Part shown: positions 52,033 through 64,000 of the stretch, piece by piece
Layout: each line of letters starts with the position of its first letter
Position numbering within the stretch: position 1 is the stretch's first letter
Notes under the pieces: generated by a model
Told to the model about the DNA's origin: nothing
The model's database searches: none
The model's input: the letters and a program-made list of their open reading frames with translations, nothing else
Source of the DNA: Phoronis australis
Taxonomy: Eukaryota; Animalia; Phoronida
Assembly (NCBI GenBank): GCA_002633005.1
Contig: NMRA01000070.1
Span: 1,058,036-1,122,035, forward strand
Reading direction: 5' to 3'
Length of the DNA stretch: 64,000 nucleotides
Made by a program: the position numbers and the translations under genes

Positions 52033-53269
52033 CTGTCATATAAACACAAATTAGTATAACCACAAAAAATTGAGCTGATGTTAAAAGTAAGTTAGGACAG
52101 GGTGTATCCAAAAATGAAAAGAATAGACAAAGCCAAGCAAATGAGTTTTAAGCCTAGACAGCAAAGACTTGCAATGGACGAGCATCATTTTTGTTAAAAA
52201 AGGTGAACATAGAGATACTATATACATACCAGGTGCTGTCAGAAAACAAGGTTTGATTTAGGCTACATGCAGTCAAACTTATTTGATACTCAGAATAAAG
52301 AGGACTTCTGAGGAAGAACTGACATTTTGTTATTGGTCAAAACATGCTGGGTGCACACAATGGCCAAATGGGTCCCTACAACTTGTCGAGTCTAATCTCA
52401 AACAATAACGAACTGTCAGACCTTCCAAGCCCAGATATTACGTCTAATCTAAGCAAGGAAAAAGTTGAGATCAATGTTTAACAGTAAGTGACCCAAACCA
52501 AGTTTTTACAAATACAGGACCCGAGGCATTGTACACCAGTCTATCTGGACACGGCTTTTCACTGCCAAGTTTTCTGGAACTGCATCCCAAAAGTCATTTA
52601 AATTTTAATGACACCTAGAACTTAGATTTTGCAGTCTGACACTCAAATGCTCTAAAATTGTTATTTTTTCCGTCAGACTTATTCAAGAACTTTCAAGATA
52701 AGACGCACATACATGTACAATACAGTGTATCATACATTGATGGGTGGATTCACCGGGTAAAGTACTCAAGATTTCTGGTGGAAAAGCACTATTAACAGTC
52801 AATGAAGGGTTTGTCATGTAGGTTGAAATACATACCCTCACTGATCCTGCCGCACACCGTGTATCATGTCTGACATTTCAAATTCCAAATCAGAATCTTT
52901 TCAAATTTGAGTCAATTAAACGGTGATAATGGACATTTTAAAACCACTTGATCACTTAAAAAAGTGGGAAAAACTAAAAAGTCTACTAGGGGTCCTGCCA
53001 TCTGGTGTCATTATACTGAAATTATCACCCATAAACTATAGAATTAACTATGTCAAGAACGGGCAAGTACCCAACTTATCGAATGGCACATTTGGCAGTG
53101 AATGGGTAAGTTGCTGGAAATGGCGCTAGGTAGTAAATGGGAAAAAAGTTTGCACTGCAGGTATTTCATTTAAAGAGAGCAGGTGCACGTAGTTTCAATG
53201 ATATTCAATGGAAATACTGGGATCATCCTTGTTTCAAATGTATGCAATTATATTTCATAAAAATCGCAC

Positions 53270-53489
53270 CCATTGCAGCATTCTTGGTCAAGTCTCCATG
53301 CTTTATTGAGCACTTTTTCATCGCCTCGCGCCGTTCCTCTTTTGAAGCATCTTTCGTGAAACACTGTACAGCAGCATTGGTCTCCAGTGTGGCCGGTCGT
53401 ATAGTCTCTGTTCGGCCATGTTTGAAGGCTGCCGTGCTACACGACTCGTATGTTGCAACAGTTTCGCCATGTTGTTTGAAGAACGCCAA
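53270..53489 (-). CDS. CPT2: CPT2 exon
   Basis: LAFFKQHGETVATYESCSTAAFKHGRTETIRPAT...LTKNAAM; AG/GT boundaries. Confidence 0.92.
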
Positions 53490-53892
53490 CTAAAAAATGG
53501 TAGCAATCGCTTACAGAATAAAACCCATAATTTTGGAAATTCTACAAAATAAAGAGAAACGCGTGCCTCTGTCTACAGATCAGTTCCGAAGTGGTCAAAA
53601 TAGTAATCCCTTAACAAGTGCATATCATTTGCATCTCCTTGATGTAGATAACAACTGCAAGTCTCAGAAATTTTTTGAGAAAAAAGCAATCAAGTTAATG
53701 TTAAACTATATAAAAATGCGCCAGGCTACAAAACCCTCCTGAGCCTTCTGATAATCAACTCAGTTTAAACAGCTATAAAGGAAAACATGGAAATAGCTTC
53801 TAAATTATGGAAATTTAAACACTTAACCTATTAACCTGAAGAGGAAAACAAAAACCTTGATTAAGAATTTGTATAGTCTGTAGAATACATAA

Positions 53893-54264
53893 TGAAATTT
53901 TCCAGATATAATCCCATCCTTTGTCAACAGCAACAGAAATAAAGTAAAATCAAACACAAATGACAAATGACATCAGATATTTGGCGTGATGAACATGATA
54001 GATTGTTGCGGAAAAAAGTAAAAGTTATAACTTAAGAAGTCTTTATGTATAATCCGTAGATAGATAAGGTTTAATCCATAGATACAAAAGCTAAAACCCA
54101 ATGGATTAAACACAGACTTCTTAAATTATATCCTTAATTTTTTTCTCGCAATAAACTATCATGTTCATTACACCAAATATCAGATGTCATTTGTCATATC
54201 GTGTTTGATTTTACTTTATTTCTGTTTCTGTTGACAAAGAACGTGATTATATCCAAAAATTTCA
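53893..54264. repeat. Foldback / palindromic MITE in CPT2 intron
   Basis: Arms of about 165 bp: tttgtcaacag..aacagaaataaagtaaaatcaaacac..atgacaaatgacatc.gatatttgg versus its reverse complement at 54102-54264, with a loop of about 45 bp. Confidence 0.85.
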
Positions 54265-54413
54265 GTTGATCCATTATTGTTGTTTTTATTTACCTATACA
54301 TATTCTATATTTCGTCAAACAATAGTATCCTTCAGAGGATCTGAATCGCCTCAGATTTATTTTCTACGTTACACTTGGTCTAAAACAGAAAACGTGGGAA
54401 AACGGCAAATCAC

Positions 54414-54583
54414 CTGCATAGCCAGCTGCATAACAGAGTCTGGGCTAAGCTTCTCTTTCTTGATCAAGTTCTTGCCAAATCTTTTGTACTCTAAGAAGTT
54501 CAGACCTAACGTACTGACAAATTTCCGCGTGTTCTCCTGAGCGGACTTGATGGCAGATTTCAAACCGTCGTTCAGCTGGAAGT
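54414..54583 (-). CDS. CPT2: CPT2 exon
   Basis: DFQLNDGLKSAIKSAQ...FGKNLIKKEKLSPDSVMQLAMQ|gtgatt. Confidence 0.9.
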
Positions 54584-55178
54584 CTGTAATTACCCAAGAT
54601 GCACACCATGGTTAGGTCACACTGTTCATGAATAAATGAAGCCTGGGGGCTGTTTAACACAGTCTATTGTCTGAAAATCAGTCAACAGACGTCTTACCTG
54701 TTTCACAAAAACAGGCCAAGGCTGAAGGTCAGAAAATATTAACTGGAAGTCAGAAGACAGAAATCTGTAGTCTGCTTGACTAGACAGATGACAAAACATT
54801 TCGAGATATGTAAAAGACGAAAAACTGCTTGTGGCTATTCGAAGTAACATTTTTGACTTTTGGCTAAAGTCAAAAGACAGAAGCCAACAGTCTCTAGAAC
54901 AACATTGAAAACTGAGGATTTGGGTAAGCGAGGAGTAAAATGAACATGAAAACAAGAAGGTGAGATAACCAACAAACAAGAAGGGGAAATAACCAACAAA
55001 CAATAAACAAAAAACATCACAACTCAGTCAGCAGTAATTTATTCAGGCATTTCTCAGGTACTGGTCACCCAGCTGTTGATTTTAGTATCAATACCCCCAC
55101 CGCAATGAAAAACTATCCCTCAAACAATCTATAAACATAAAAAATGATCGAGCTCACTCTTCACTGGATACTAACCAG

Positions 55179-55415
55179 GAGCCCGTTCCAAGAAAACTGG
55201 CTCAGCTAAGACAAAGCTTAAATTTAAGCCAATTTTAAGATAAAACTTCAATTTGACTGAAGTCCGTTTTAACAATTCAAAGTGATCATAAGTTTGACTT
55301 TAGTTTCTGACTTAAATTCGACTAACTCACCCGATGTGGAAGTTTCAGTTTGGAAGTTGAGAAAAATCTTAGACTTAGTAAAAATGAACTTAAGTCAGTC
55401 TCTTGGGACGGGCCC
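55179..55415. mobile_element. PIF/Harbinger-like MITE, 237 bp
   Basis: CAG|GAGCCCGTTCCAAGAAAACTG ... CAGTCTCTTGGGACGGGCCC|CAG: TIRs with a 3-bp CAG TSD. Confidence 0.75.
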
Positions 55416-55510
55416 CAGACCTCTTTCAGCCAACTGCTTGTATTCTCTTGTGGTGTACTAGTGTCGTTCATCTGACTTATTAGCTGAACACTGAGTTTTA
55501 CCAGTACTCA

Positions 55511-55553
55511 CTCTGAAGATGCTTTGTAGCACGTAAGCGAAATGGCATGTCAG
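55511..55553 (+). ncRNA. Hammerhead-like motif (degenerate)
   Basis: CU-CUGAAGA-U-GCUU-(loop)-AAGC-GAAA-UGGCAU-GUC-AG. Core and stem II are present; stems I and III are weak. Confidence 0.45.
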
Positions 55554-55671
55554 GAATCTGTTCGTTATCATGCTTATTTTAAAATTCTTAAGAAATAGTA
55601 AAAACAACTTGAACATGAACTCTAGCTTCTTAAGGGATTAAAGCCTTGAATGTGATGTAACTCACTTACAG

Positions 55672-55860
55672 AGGAGGCAGTGTGGCCTACTGGGATAAGT
55701 GTCCTTTACTCAAGAAGGTCGTGAGTTTGAGTCCCACTGGGGCACATTGCTAGGCTCTAGCTCCTTAGTTCGATAAAAATGGTTTCGGGTGATCAGTGCA
55801 ATGGGCCCACTTGAGCGACCTGTGCACGTCTAGGGCAACATGTACCACACCAGCGCATGT
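55672..55860 (+). mobile_element. tRNA-derived SINE relic
   Basis: A-box-like TGGCCTACTGG (55683) and B-box-like GTTTGAGTCC (55725) at tRNA spacing; no full cloverleaf. The 3' boundary is uncertain. Confidence 0.55.
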
Positions 55861-56688
55861 CTGGTACAACGTGTGCCAAACCACTTCTAATTATTTTTTA
55901 ACTCTGACACTTAGAGTGCCTTTCTCAGATTAGAAATGTCTTTGGCTCAGGAAGAACTGACAGTCCATTATTGCTTCTGAACAAACTGAATACATTGGCT
56001 GGTCACAGCAGGTCATTAAATTCTGTGAGGATGTTCTTGAGCAATAGAGACCAGTCAGTTGTTTCCTAGAAATCACATCTCATCAGAGTAAGAGACAAAC
56101 TGAGGTAGGGTTAATAGCAGTACGCAAAACGTTAGTTACTTTAATGGAAGTTGGTCTATGCTAAGTAAAGACCACCGTTATGCACTCGCACTGCAGAATG
56201 AGTATCCCGATTTTACTGACCGGCTAGTCGGGATACATCGATAGCAAGGCAAGAAAGTTTGCAAACCAATGTTTACATAGTCCAGGCCTCTCATTGTCTG
56301 CGTTCATCTGATAAGCTCACATAATCCAGTGCTTACGGTATGTTGTAAATAGCGCGCCTGATGACAAACGATATTTAAAAATACTATTTCCAAATGAGGT
56401 TCAACAAATGTTGTGAAGATATGTTTTTTTCTGAAATACTATCACCAAAAAAACTTTGAATGGAGAAAAACAACTAACTTTCATAGAAATTAGACTTAAT
56501 TTTCAATGGCTGATTCCTTTCTGTGACAGTAACCTCTGACCTCCTTACTACCACAGCCTTGTGTACCAACACAATAGGCTTGTTTGTCAAGTTTAATAGA
56601 ACATGATTCTAGATCAGATCGTGATATTGGAAATTTCTTGGTTTTAACAGTCCAGGCAAATGGTACGTAACGTTTATATTTATCTTAC

Positions 56689-56789
56689 CTAATCTTGTGA
56701 CACAACTGTCACTGTCAATATTGCTAGGTTTGGTGTCAGGGTGAATGCGTGGCTTCTGTGTGGAATCCTTGAAAACTTCATTAAAGAAC
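56689..56789 (-). CDS. CPT2: CPT2 exon
   Basis: RFFNEVFKDSTQKP...VTRL|gtaag. Confidence 0.88.
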
Positions 56790-57019
56790 CTGAAAATCAA
56801 AAAGATGTCAAGGAAGAAACCTAATTAAAGGTACTACTCTCAGATAAATTACAATTTTTGGATCTTGTTTCTCAATGGTAAGGTCACTACACGCATGGCT
56901 TAATGAAACATTCCATGAACAATGCTTTGGTTAAAATTGAAAGAAAAGTATATTGGCATGATATGCAACCCTGCCATATACAGTGCTGCCCACTTAATGT
57001 CGTACTCTCGCCTTCGATG

Positions 57020-57812
57020 AAAATTATAAAAGCGAGATATTCAAAAAACTGGAAAATGTCACCATTTTATAACCGAAAGCCACTGACATTTCATGAAAAT
57101 CCGTCACGAAACTTAGCAAAACAGAAAAAATGAAATTGCCATTAGGTGACAAAGGTTCATTGGATCCGTCTGAAAATTGTTGTCTTCCGTTGTCAACGTC
57201 ATATATTAAATACAAATTTAATAAACATTCTCCAGAGGGCTTAGGACAGCTAAGGATGCAAAAAAACTGCCACTAGGAGGCGCCACAGTAACTGAAGCCA
57301 GAAAATCATCATCAAACATCCTCTTCACACTAACAATATAAAGCCAATTTTCACAATCACCCCAAAAGTGGTTTAGTTGACAGAGGGCGGCCAGCAAAAA
57401 CAGACTAGAAAACAATAAAAATGGCCACTAGATGGCACAAAATATGTCAAATCCATCTGAAAACCAGAAAATGTCACTCTTTCTTTAAAAGAAAGCTATT
57501 TAAGAAATTTCATGAAAATTCATCAAGGAACTTCAGACAAACAGGAAAACAGAAAAAATGAAATTGCCACTAGGAGGCAGTGTTAGTTGGACCCGTCTGA
57601 AAGTCATAGTCTTCTGCTGTTAACTGCTTATATAAACACATTTGCTAACATTTAATAAAGATCCTGTAGAGCGTTTAGGAGATACAGCCATGGGCGCAAA
57701 AATATACAAAACTCCCACTATGAGGCGCCAAAGTAGTCGAAGTCGTCGGAAAATCCTCGTCAACCTTCCTCTTCATATAGTAAAAACGATATCAATATGT
57801 GGGCGCATAAAA
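57020..57812. repeat. Tandem array of ~145-bp units (Helentron-like element fragment)
   Basis: Five CCA(C/T)TA(G/T)RNG-type motifs at 57139, 57270, 57425, 57567 and 57715; ends in gtgggcgcataaaaa. Confidence 0.75.
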
Positions 57813-58143
57813 AGGCAAATAAATTTTAAGATGAATTAGGATCATGGTTTTTACATAAAAATGTGAAGACACCATGCTAATAAGATAACGTGAATCTATT
57901 TTGCTGATTCTGTCATGACAATATCCAGGAATATGACAATAAATCATCATGGCATTTTGCAGATTGTTCACCAGGTTTACAGGTTTAGATGGAGGAGATT
58001 CCTTTTTTGACTGCTCATGACAATAACGGGGATATTCTATTAACCACGATGATGCCAAGTGGGCTCCACTATACAAGAGATCTTCATGAATTATAAATCT
58101 TTAAATGGCGTTTTCTCACACGCAAAACATGACCTAATTTTAC

Positions 58144-58239
58144 CTTAGAACTGCGACACCATCTCCCCAGGAATGCTCAAAGTTGACACAGGTCTTACCA
58201 GCTTTGTTCATAATGAGAGAGAACGACTTGTCGTACCAC
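58144..58239 (-). CDS. CPT2: CPT2 catalytic exon
   Basis: [33 protein letters not shown] (catalytic His in EHSWGDG); cag|..|gtaaaa, phase 2/2. Absent from the ORF track. Confidence 0.93.
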
Positions 58240-58757
58240 CTGTGATAAACGTAAAACGTAAAAGCAATAGTAGTTCGATCTACAAATGCTGCATACTATG
58301 GACAGGTAGTTTGGGTAAAACTACAGGAAACAACAAAACCATGAAAACAAATTACTGGAGATAAAAAGCAATATTAAAATTATTTCAAAACAGCTAGCAC
58401 TATGTCCTTAATCAGTCACAGTTCTACAAAACATACGCTAAAAAGAGTAGGCCATTCCTAGCAAACTGAATGCCTTACTGGACGTCTATCACATAATAGT
58501 TTGCATAGTTGTCAGGCAGTCTAGCCACAAACCAGGCCACTCCCATACTTGAAGGCAAAGGTGCTTGTGCCTTTAGAGAAGGACTTGTTTCGCTGAAGGA
58601 AAAACTTTCCCGTACCCCTGGTCATGACCATTTCTTACCCCGGTCACCACTCCTTATTGGCAATACCTCAAGTATTCAAAACTAAGGTTTCGAGTTACAC
58701 CAATCTAGCACGGAATTTTTTGTCATTGGAGGGGAATGGTTAAGCAATGTATCTTAC

Positions 58758-59930
58758 ACAAGAGCAACACGGAGAGTTGAAATGCGCCTACGAATGCACC
58801 GTAAAGGGTGTGCTTCTAGAGTTGTTTAAAAATATTTCTTTTCATAAAAATGGCTACTAGATGGCACAAAAATGTCCAATCCATTTGAAAACGAGAACAC
58901 ACCATCACTTCTTTAATAGAAAGCTATTGACCAATGAAATGTCATAAAAATCTGTCAAGCAACATCAGAGAAACAAAGGAAAACGGAAAAAATGGAATTG
59001 CCACTATGGGGCACAGCGTTCGTTGGATCCCCCTGAAAGACGTCGTCGTCTGTTGTTGGCTTATATCCTACGGTGGGTTTAGGAGATGCTGCTACGGGCA
59101 CAAAACAAAACAAAACAATACTACCACCAGGAGGCGCCACAGTATTCGAAGTCATCATCGTCAACCATATACACCAATTTTCAAAATCACCCTTAGAATG
59201 GTTTGATCGAGTGGTGGACACCAAAAAACTGACTAGAAAACAGCAAAAAAGACCACTAGATGATGCAAAGTATTCAACTCCATCCGAAAACAGGTGGATG
59301 GCATCATCTCACTAATAGAAACCTATATTCCAAATTTTCTGAAAATCCGTTGACAATCTTTGAAGATCCAGACAGGTAAACTTAAAAAATAAAATAAAGT
59401 TGCCACTAGGGGGCACACCGGTAGTCAGATCTGTTCGAAAGTTGTCGCTGTCCGTTGACAACATCATACAAATACACTTGCTAAATTTAGTTAAGATCCT
59501 GCAAACGGTTTGGGAGATAGTCAAGGGTGAAAAACACAAAACTGCCACTAGGAGGAGCCACAGTACTCGAAATCATCGGAAAATCATTATAAGCCGTCCT
59601 CTTTGTAATAAAAACATACATGTCAATTTTCATAATCATCCTTAAAGTAGTTTCATAGAGTGGTGGACCCTACAAAACAGACTCGAAAACAGTAATAATG
59701 GCCACTAGGTGGCGCAAACTACGTTGAATCCATCTGAAAACGAAAAGATAGCGTCACGTACTGACAGATGCCTATATGCCAAATTTTATGAAAATACGTC
59801 GAGGACCTTTGAAGATACACATGACAGGAATACGTAGAAAAACTAAAATTGCCAATAGGGGGCACACTGGTAGTCGCACGGACAGAGATGACGGCATAAT
59901 GCCTCCACAAATAAATAAGTGGGCGCATAA
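58758..59930 (-). mobile_element. Helentron-like non-autonomous element (HINE type) with internal tandem repeats
   Basis: Subterminal inverted repeats atgcgcctac (58782) and gtgggcgcat (59919), a partial IR atgcctccac (59899), a terminal stem-loop caac...gttg beside acaagag (58758-58779), and eight ~145-bp units. Confidence 0.65.
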
Positions 59931-60063
59931 TAAAAATGTCTCACATAACTATGACCATACAAACCACCATCAGGAGCAAAATTTTTCTTTCAAAATCAGG
60001 GGAATGACCCGGTATTTCAGAGTTCAAAATGAAGACGAAGTTATCGCATAACAAGCAAAGTAC

Positions 60064-60184
60064 CTGTTAGCTGCATCTCCGTGCAGGAAGTCTTTACACA
60101 GTTGTATCACACTGTTGGGCTCATCGTCATCAAGTTGTAAGGCAAACACTGCCGAGTCTACCAGATGAAGTGTGTCACTATTCC
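60064..60184 (-). CDS. CPT2: CPT2 exon
   Basis: GNSDTLHLVDSAVFALQLDD...FLHGDAANR; AG/GT boundaries. Confidence 0.9.
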
Positions 60185-61304
60185 CTGAAACAGTTGACAA
60201 TATTACTTACCTTGTTCATGGTCTAACAGCCACTGGCTCTTTCACAGTACAAACCAAAAGTAATCAGACAAAATGACCCAAAATTCCCCTTCATGACGAA
60301 CGGTCAGAAGCCAAATTCATTGTCAGAAAAGTCTCCCCTGATGTACGAGAATGAAGGAGAATTAACAGGGAAGTTAGTAAGGTGAATAAGCCATTTTGTA
60401 ACTAGAATTTTGTCGCTCAAATAGTTAGTCCTAGCAGTTTTTGCTCTTAACAGGATTAGCCATCATGACTGGAAAATGGTATTTTGTGGTGATTACTTAT
60501 AATTTGTCTTGTACAGTGCATGAACAGCATTTGTCTTTGAGGATATTCTTCAGAATATTAAATTAGAGGGTCCTACTTATAACACAGCTTAAACTCTGAG
60601 GTTACCAACAATGAAGATATAACTCTGATTAACACAATCTTTACACTTAATGCAGCGATTTGCAAGCAGGGCCACACCACTTTAACAGGATTCTCGTCTA
60701 AATGTCCAAGGTTTGCAAGGCAAAATTTCTAAAAAGAAGTAATGTTGGTTGATCATAAAAGTAGTTTCATATGAATTCACATGAATGGCATGCATCCTTA
60801 TACCTGTATTTTGCATATCATTCTGTTTTCCCCAATACAGTCTTTATTTTGCTGTTACTGATATTGGTTGACAATGTGTTTGCTGTTCACCTCTCGCTTT
60901 AATTTCCACAAATGGTGCGATGTGATTATTGGTTGAAAAGAATTCTTATTAACTTAAACAGTTAATACAAGTTTTTCGTGCAAGGTTTATCATCAATTGT
61001 GATAATTTATATGTATTTATTTCTAATTACTGAGCCATGGTAAACGATCAAAAAGGGTATCCACAATGAATGAATAGAATGATCATCAGACTTATCATTA
61101 ATCAAAATGAGGAGTAAGCTAAACCTAATCGCACACCTAACTGCAGTAAAAATGATTGACAAACGGCCGGTCATTGCAGCAAAATTCTGGCATTTCCATC
61201 TCGACATCATAGTCATGACAGACGACTGTTATGACAAGGATTCCAGTTGTGACCAGCCATCATTACGAGGAGTAATGGGTCATTCTGGTTGACCCATAAC
61301 TTAC

Positions 61305-61451
61305 CAGCCTCCACTAGTTGTTCCCTGACTTTGGCCCAGGTGTCTCTGTTCTCTGCAGTGAGGACACCTATTGGATATTCAGCAGGGGGTCGATTGTCAT
61401 TCAGAATGTATTGGATGTGTGCCAAAATATCCGTCTCATCCACTATATTAC
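61305..61451 (-). CDS. CPT2: CPT2 exon
   Basis: GNIVDETDILAHIQYIL...YPIGVLTAENRDTWAKVREQL|gtaag. Confidence 0.9.
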
Positions 61452-61876
61452 CTGAATAAAAACAAAACATTTGTTAGTAGAACATAATGAATTTTGAGCA
61501 GAGTAGTGTACAGTATAAGCCAAAAGCATTCAGAAAAATTGACCCAGAAACCCAAGCCATATCAACTGGGTGTCAGAAGAGTCTTCGTGACAGAGAATGA
61601 AGGGGAATTAATAGGAAAAAGAGTATTTTTGTCTGATTAAAATTTTGTCTTGCACAGTATTATTACATCTGGGTGAGACTAGACAAACAACAACGACTGT
61701 TTAATAATGGAAAATGTGAAACTTTAAGTATTCGTACACAAAGAACATGATAATAATTGAAATATAATTGTCATAAATGAAGATGAATTTAAAATACTGA
61801 GGTATTGCTGAACGATAGATGTGTTACGGAAACTAAAAATGTAGGACTGTTACAACGAGCACATTGACTATCTTAC

Positions 61877-61974
61877 CATCTTTATCAAGAACATCGAACA
61901 CATAGAAATGGCCTCGTCTCATCACCACCAGATGGCGTGCTGATGTGTCCGTAACTAGTTCATCTTTTTCTAAC
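61877..61974 (-). CDS. CPT2: CPT2 exon
   Basis: [33 protein letters not shown]|gtaag. Confidence 0.9.
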
Positions 61975-62261
61975 CTAAAAACACACATTTCAAATTTATG
62001 CTTTAAAAAATCAATTAGATGTTTAATATTAGAATGTTTTCCAGACAGGAAATTTCAGATTAAAACCATGCAAAGAGGATTCAGGATCATTTGTCAAAAA
62101 GTTGATAGCAAAGGAATGACAAGTTTTAATTGATAAATAACTTCACAACTCTCACTAGAAATTTTGTGATGGGTAACAATCAACATGCTACTTAATTTGT
62201 AAGAGTTTTCATGCAAAAATGTATTACACATGATTTTGATGAGAAAAATGTTTATGCTCAC

Positions 62262-62369
62262 CTAGGAATTCTGGTAGAATTAAAAAGCCTTGGGAACTGG
62301 CTCATGTCAAGTGGATAGGCCTTGTACATCAGGGCACTTGCATAGAATGAGGCAAACTTTGGTACTCGT
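62262..62369 (-). CDS. CPT2: CPT2 exon
   Basis: RVPKFASFYASALMYKAYPLDMSQFPRLFNSTRIP|gtgag. Confidence 0.9.
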
Positions 62370-63644
62370 CTGAAACATATTAGCAAAAAGACATTATTTT
62401 TTTTATTAATACATGCAGAATTAACAAAATCATCAACCCAATACAACTGTCATTAGATAAAATTAAAAAAGTGTGAGCAATGAAAGTACATGAAAACAAA
62501 TGCACACAATTGTTGTTACAAATTTGCCTATTTGACTATTAGTTGGTCTTGATTAATCACATCAAAACCATGCAAAGCTCAGTGCATGACCAAATGTAAG
62601 CAACAAGACCAATGCAAAGCATTGACATTTGCCCCTGACTGGATTGCAAATGGTATGCTTCTAAGGTTGCTTAGTTGGTGCACAATATGTTGTGCCTATC
62701 CAAAAATCTCAAATAGGGGCCCCACAGTTGTCGGACACCTCCGGTAAAGTTGCTGTCAGTAGGAAAACATGATTTCGCCACAAAAAACAAGACTAAAAAA
62801 CAATAAAAATGGCGCAAAATATATTGATTGGTGTTGTCGTGTCTTTAGAAAATCAACGTCAGCCATGTTCTTCTCTGAAGTAACACCTTTTGGAAACCAT
62901 GGAAATAATCCCAACTTCAATTATTTAAAAGTGCCAGAATTAGTGAAAAGGTACCCTCAAGAAAGAGGATTCTGATATGTTCTAAAATTAACCTAACAAA
63001 CTTGCTTTATCTACATGCATTTTATCATTTTTGATCATGTTGATTGATGATTAGGGAAGGCAAAGAATTTAACACATCCACACATATTTGTCAAGTTTAT
63101 CAATTTTCATCCAGTCGGAGTTCCATCCACAATGCGGCAGTAATACTTTGTTGGCATTGGAACAATGTACAGAGTAACGCAGTCGAGATAAAACAATAGA
63201 ACTACAAAATAATAACCTCCATTAGTGTGAAAATGAGGATACAAAACTTTTAGATAGTGCAACATTATGGGAAATAAAGCGAGATTCGAGAGTCGCTGCG
63301 ACAACACTAATTTCATGAGGATCTTTCCAGCGGTTCGGCAGACAGAAATGCAGACACCATAAACAGATTTACTAAATAACGAGAAGACTCTAAGTGGTGC
63401 AGAACTAATGGAATCAATCCTAAAATGTTTACACTAAGACTATATCATAGATTCATAGCTGGGTAAAGTTTACAGTGAGAACTCCAGTGTTCACACAGGC
63501 AAGTCACTACTGTCATTTTCTCAAAGACACTACATTTTCCTTTATTTTCACACAGTAAAAGCAACACAATGTATGAAAGCCAAATAAACAGTTACTGTAA
63601 CAAACATCAAACATCCCTAGCATAAAAGTTTTCCTGGTAATCAC

Positions 63645-63778
63645 CTTATGATGTTACGATACGAAGCAGTGTCGGTCTTGCCAGGATTTAAGTGAAATAC
63701 TTCTGGCTCCAGTAAACCATCTCTGTAGGTCTTCAAAAACCTCATGGCAGAGACAATCATGTTTGTAGACCTAATCGC
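63645..63778 (-). CDS. CPT2: CPT2 exon (most 5' exon in the window; gene continues beyond 64000)
   Basis: [32 protein letters not shown]...; ttttcag| and |gtgatt boundaries. Confidence 0.9.
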
Positions 63779-64000
63779 CTGAAAAAGATCTTATGTGTTA
63801 AAGAGTTACAAAAATTCTCCTTTTGACATATTTACACATTTTTGTCACACGAATAATAAGTTTAGGTATTACCCATTGAAATAACAGCACTGAGATTGAC
63901 CTTTTCATGAATGGAATGAGAACACGATGACATGTTTCAGTCTCAGGTCACGTGATGTCACCAAGACTTTATATTCCAAGTCTCTTCAGATACCATAGAG

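Noticed and set aside
57020-59930. Regularly spaced short motifs as a CRISPR-like array
   Set aside because: The intervening sequences are homologous to one another, the context is a eukaryotic intron and there are no cas genes.

Overview
Eukaryotic, AT-rich, intron-containing genomic DNA from an invertebrate animal; the repeat landscape suggests a marine bilaterian, but this is inference only. Four host genes are supported. (1) An intronless-CDS orphan type II membrane protein with a DxD motif, probably a GT-A glycosyltransferase (26865-28229, +). (2) A two-coding-exon SETMAR-type pre-SET/SET/post-SET methyltransferase with no mariner fusion (38107-34624, -). (3) A four-coding-exon dystroglycan of about 1272 aa with a frame-preserving Thr-rich mucin exon and a probable GC-AG intron (41893-48749, +). 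(4) The last 11 coding exons of carnitine O-palmitoyltransferase 2 (63778-51001, -; 5' part lies beyond the window). The rest is a transposon graveyard: an internally decayed AcademX-type element with intact ends, a TA-flanked Tc1/mariner-type non-autonomous element, two THAP relics, Penelope-like relics with minimal hammerhead ribozymes, RTE and L1/Tx1 LINE fragments, a Gypsy integrase relic, hAT-like, Harbinger-like and foldback MITEs, and Helentron-like elements whose ~145-bp internal repeats each carry a CTCF-like motif. All calls were made by eye; no searches were run.
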